From: an uncultured Muribaculaceae bacterium
GTDB lineage: Bacteria > Bacillota_I > Bacilli_A > RF39 > UBA660
Length of the DNA stretch: 27,262 nucleotides
Reading direction: 5' to 3'
Assembly (NCBI GenBank): GCA_964549325.1
Contig: CAZJUW010000001.1
Location: 1-27,262, forward strand
Shown here one piece after another: positions 25,757 through 27,262 of the stretch (position 1 is the first letter of the stretch; each line of letters opens with the position of its first letter). The notes beneath the pieces are model-generated. The model did no database searches. It was not told where the DNA came from and saw only the letters and a list, made by a program, of their open reading frames with translations. A program made the translations under genes and the position numbers.

Positions 25757-26577
25757 CAGTTGAAGAACTTTTAATTGAAGGAAAGAAAAAAATTCATTCT
25801 GATCAAGCCAAATTACTTTTAGCAACTTACTTGAATTGGAATCCCTTGGAGTTATATCTGCACTTAGATGACGTAGTCGATCAGGAAATTTGTCAAAAAT
25901 ATCAAGAAAGTATTGAAGCGATTGCGAATCAAAAACCACTCCAATACGTGATAGGGACGGTGAACTTTTATGGCTTGGAGTTCCAGATTGATGAATCTGT
26001 CCTGATTCCTCGATGTGAAACAGAAGAGTTGGTTGAGAAGACTTTAAATTATATGAAAGAATATTTTCCACAACCAGTTGATGTGATTGATCTTGGGACA
26101 GGAAGTGGCGTGATTGGTTTGACGATCAAGAAGCATCGCCCTGATTGTAATGTGACTTTGCTAGATATCAGTGAAGATGCTTTAGAAGTTGCAAAGAAAA
26201 ATAGTGCAAAACTTGGCTTGTATGCTTTGTTAGAACAGAAAGACATGCTAGAAGAAAATACGGGAAAGTATGATGTGATCATCTCGAATCCACCCTATAT
26301 TGCATTCGATGAAGAGATTGAGCCCATTGTAAAAGAGAATGAGCCTTCCCTTGCGCTTTACGGGGGAGAAGATGGATTAGACTTTTATCGTAAGATTTTA
26401 AAAGAGGTTCCAACCCATACGAAAGAGTCTTATCTGCTGGCTTTTGAAATCGGTGCAGGGCAAAAAGAAGAATTACTCTCTTTGGTAAGAGAGCTACTAC
26501 CAAATGATCAAGCCATCGTAGAAAAAGATTTACAAGGTCGAAATCGCTTCCTTTTTGTCTTTCATAATTTGGTATAG
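25753..26577 (+). CDS. prmC: Release factor glutamine methyltransferase PrmC/HemK
   Basis: PLQYVIG, VLIPRCETEELV, DLGTGSG, ISNPPYI, GGEDGLDFY. Confidence 0.97.
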   Translation: MTVEELLIEGKKKIHSDQAKLLLATYLNWNPLELYLHLDDVVDQEICQKYQESIEAIANQKPLQYVIGTVNFYGLEFQIDESVLIPRCETEELVEKTLNYMKEYFPQPVDVIDLGTGSGVIGLTIKKHRPDCNVTLLDISEDALEVAKKNSAKLGLYALLEQKDMLEENTGKYDVIISNPPYIAFDEEIEPIVKENEPSLALYGGEDGLDFYRKILKEVPTHTKESYLLAFEIGAGQKEELLSLVRELLPNDQAIVEKDLQGRNRFLFVFHNLV

Positions 26578-26622
26578 AGAAAAGTAAAACCACCCAACAT
26601 GAAATGAAAGGTGGTTTTTCCA

Positions 26623-27153
26623 TTGAAAAAAGCCGTGATTATCATCGTTACCATTTTATTATTAGGAATTTGTTTCTCTAAAAAAGAAGAGGAGCTAATC
26701 ATACCGAAAGAAGCCATTCGTTTCCGTATTATTCCAAATAGTAATTTAGAAGAAGACCAGTTGTTAAAACAGAAAGTAAAAGGTGGTGTTCAAATAGAAT
26801 TAGTTGACCTACTCAAAGATGCCGCATCAGTAGAAGAGGTAAGAGAAAAAGTTCAAGAAAAGATCAAACCAATTGAAAATATTGTTTCTAATACACTGTT
26901 AGAAAATAACTCAACACAGGACTTTAACGTTAACTATGGTCTAAATTATTTTCCGGAAAAACAATACCGAGGAGTTACTTATCAGGAAGGATATTACGAA
27001 TCATTAGTCGTGACGCTTGGCGAAGGAAATGGAGATAACTGGTGGTGTGTGTTATTTCCACCACTTTGTTTATTAGAAGGAGAGGAAACAGAAACGGATG
27101 AAGTAGAATATACTTCGTTTGTAAAAGAACTATTAGATCGCTTTTGGGGATAA
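26623..27153 (+). CDS. spoIIR: Stage II sporulation protein R
   Basis: Signal peptide (likely TTG start 26623, MKKAVIII), IPKEAIRFRIIPNS, FPEKQY, YESLVVTLGEGNGDNWWCVLFPPLC. Confidence 0.95.
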   Translation: MKKAVIIIVTILLLGICFSKKEEELIIPKEAIRFRIIPNSNLEEDQLLKQKVKGGVQIELVDLLKDAASVEEVREKVQEKIKPIENIVSNTLLENNSTQDFNVNYGLNYFPEKQYRGVTYQEGYYESLVVTLGEGNGDNWWCVLFPPLCLLEGEETETDEVEYTSFVKELLDRFWG

Positions 27154-27175
27154 TCACATAAGATTATCTTTTTTT
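27147..27175 (+). terminator. Intrinsic terminator after spoIIR
   Basis: GATAATC-ACATAA-GATTATC followed by T7. Confidence 0.75.
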
Positions 27176-27215
27176 GGTAATTCATAAATTTTTTGACAAA
27201 GAAAAAATGGAAGTC

Positions 27216-27224
27216 TGTTATAAT
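27216..27224 (+). promoter_or_regulatory. Extended -10 promoter for the next gene (ATG 27249, runs off window)
   Basis: TG-T-TATAAT; SD AAGGG upstream of ATG 27249. Confidence 0.6.
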
Positions 27225-27262
27225 ATAGACAGAATAGAAGGGATCAAGATGAATAAAAAAGG

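Noticed and set aside
692-27185. Many short antisense or overlapping ORFs in the track (for example 1056-1241, 1293-1550, 4335-4619, 8513-8818, 14317-14550, 19913-20191, 25727-26071)
   Set aside because: Shadows of well-supported genes, with no SD or recognisable motif.

Overview
Chromosomal, origin-proximal core region of a low-GC Firmicute (Bacilli; the collapsed Bacillus-like synteny plus retained sporulation genes suggests a genome-reduced, spore-forming lineage such as uncultured RF39-like Bacilli, which is inference). Gene order: rsmG(partial)-noc-soj/parA-spo0J/parB-DUF951-AbgT transporter-C39-like peptidase-ychF-orphan repeat protein-rpsF-ssb-rpsR-GdpP-like DHH/DHHA1-rplI-replicative helicase-LysM/G5/M23 peptidase-walJ-rlmH-Ala/Gly:cation symporter-ung-(lemA-like)-(gerQ)-pduL-(class A PBP)-DUF1934-argS-rpoE-prfA-zinc ribbon-prmC-spoIIR. 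No rRNA, tRNA, CRISPR array or mobile element was seen. The standout is prfA (RF1, the factor that reads UAG), which is interrupted by an in-frame TAG at codon 307 in place of the conserved Tyr/Phe of RTYN[Y/F]PQ. The conserved C-terminus continues intact in the same frame, and 12 of the other 30 genes end in TAG. This is either a single-base error or mutation, or UAG read-through autoregulation of RF1; the sequence alone cannot decide. Other oddities: a bL33-like zinc-ribbon gene wedged between prfA and prmC, an orphan protein with six 31-aa repeats, a Noc with a ~190-aa disordered insert and no N-terminal membrane helix, a GdpP reduced to its catalytic domains with GGGH changed to GGGD, and walJ without walRKHI.
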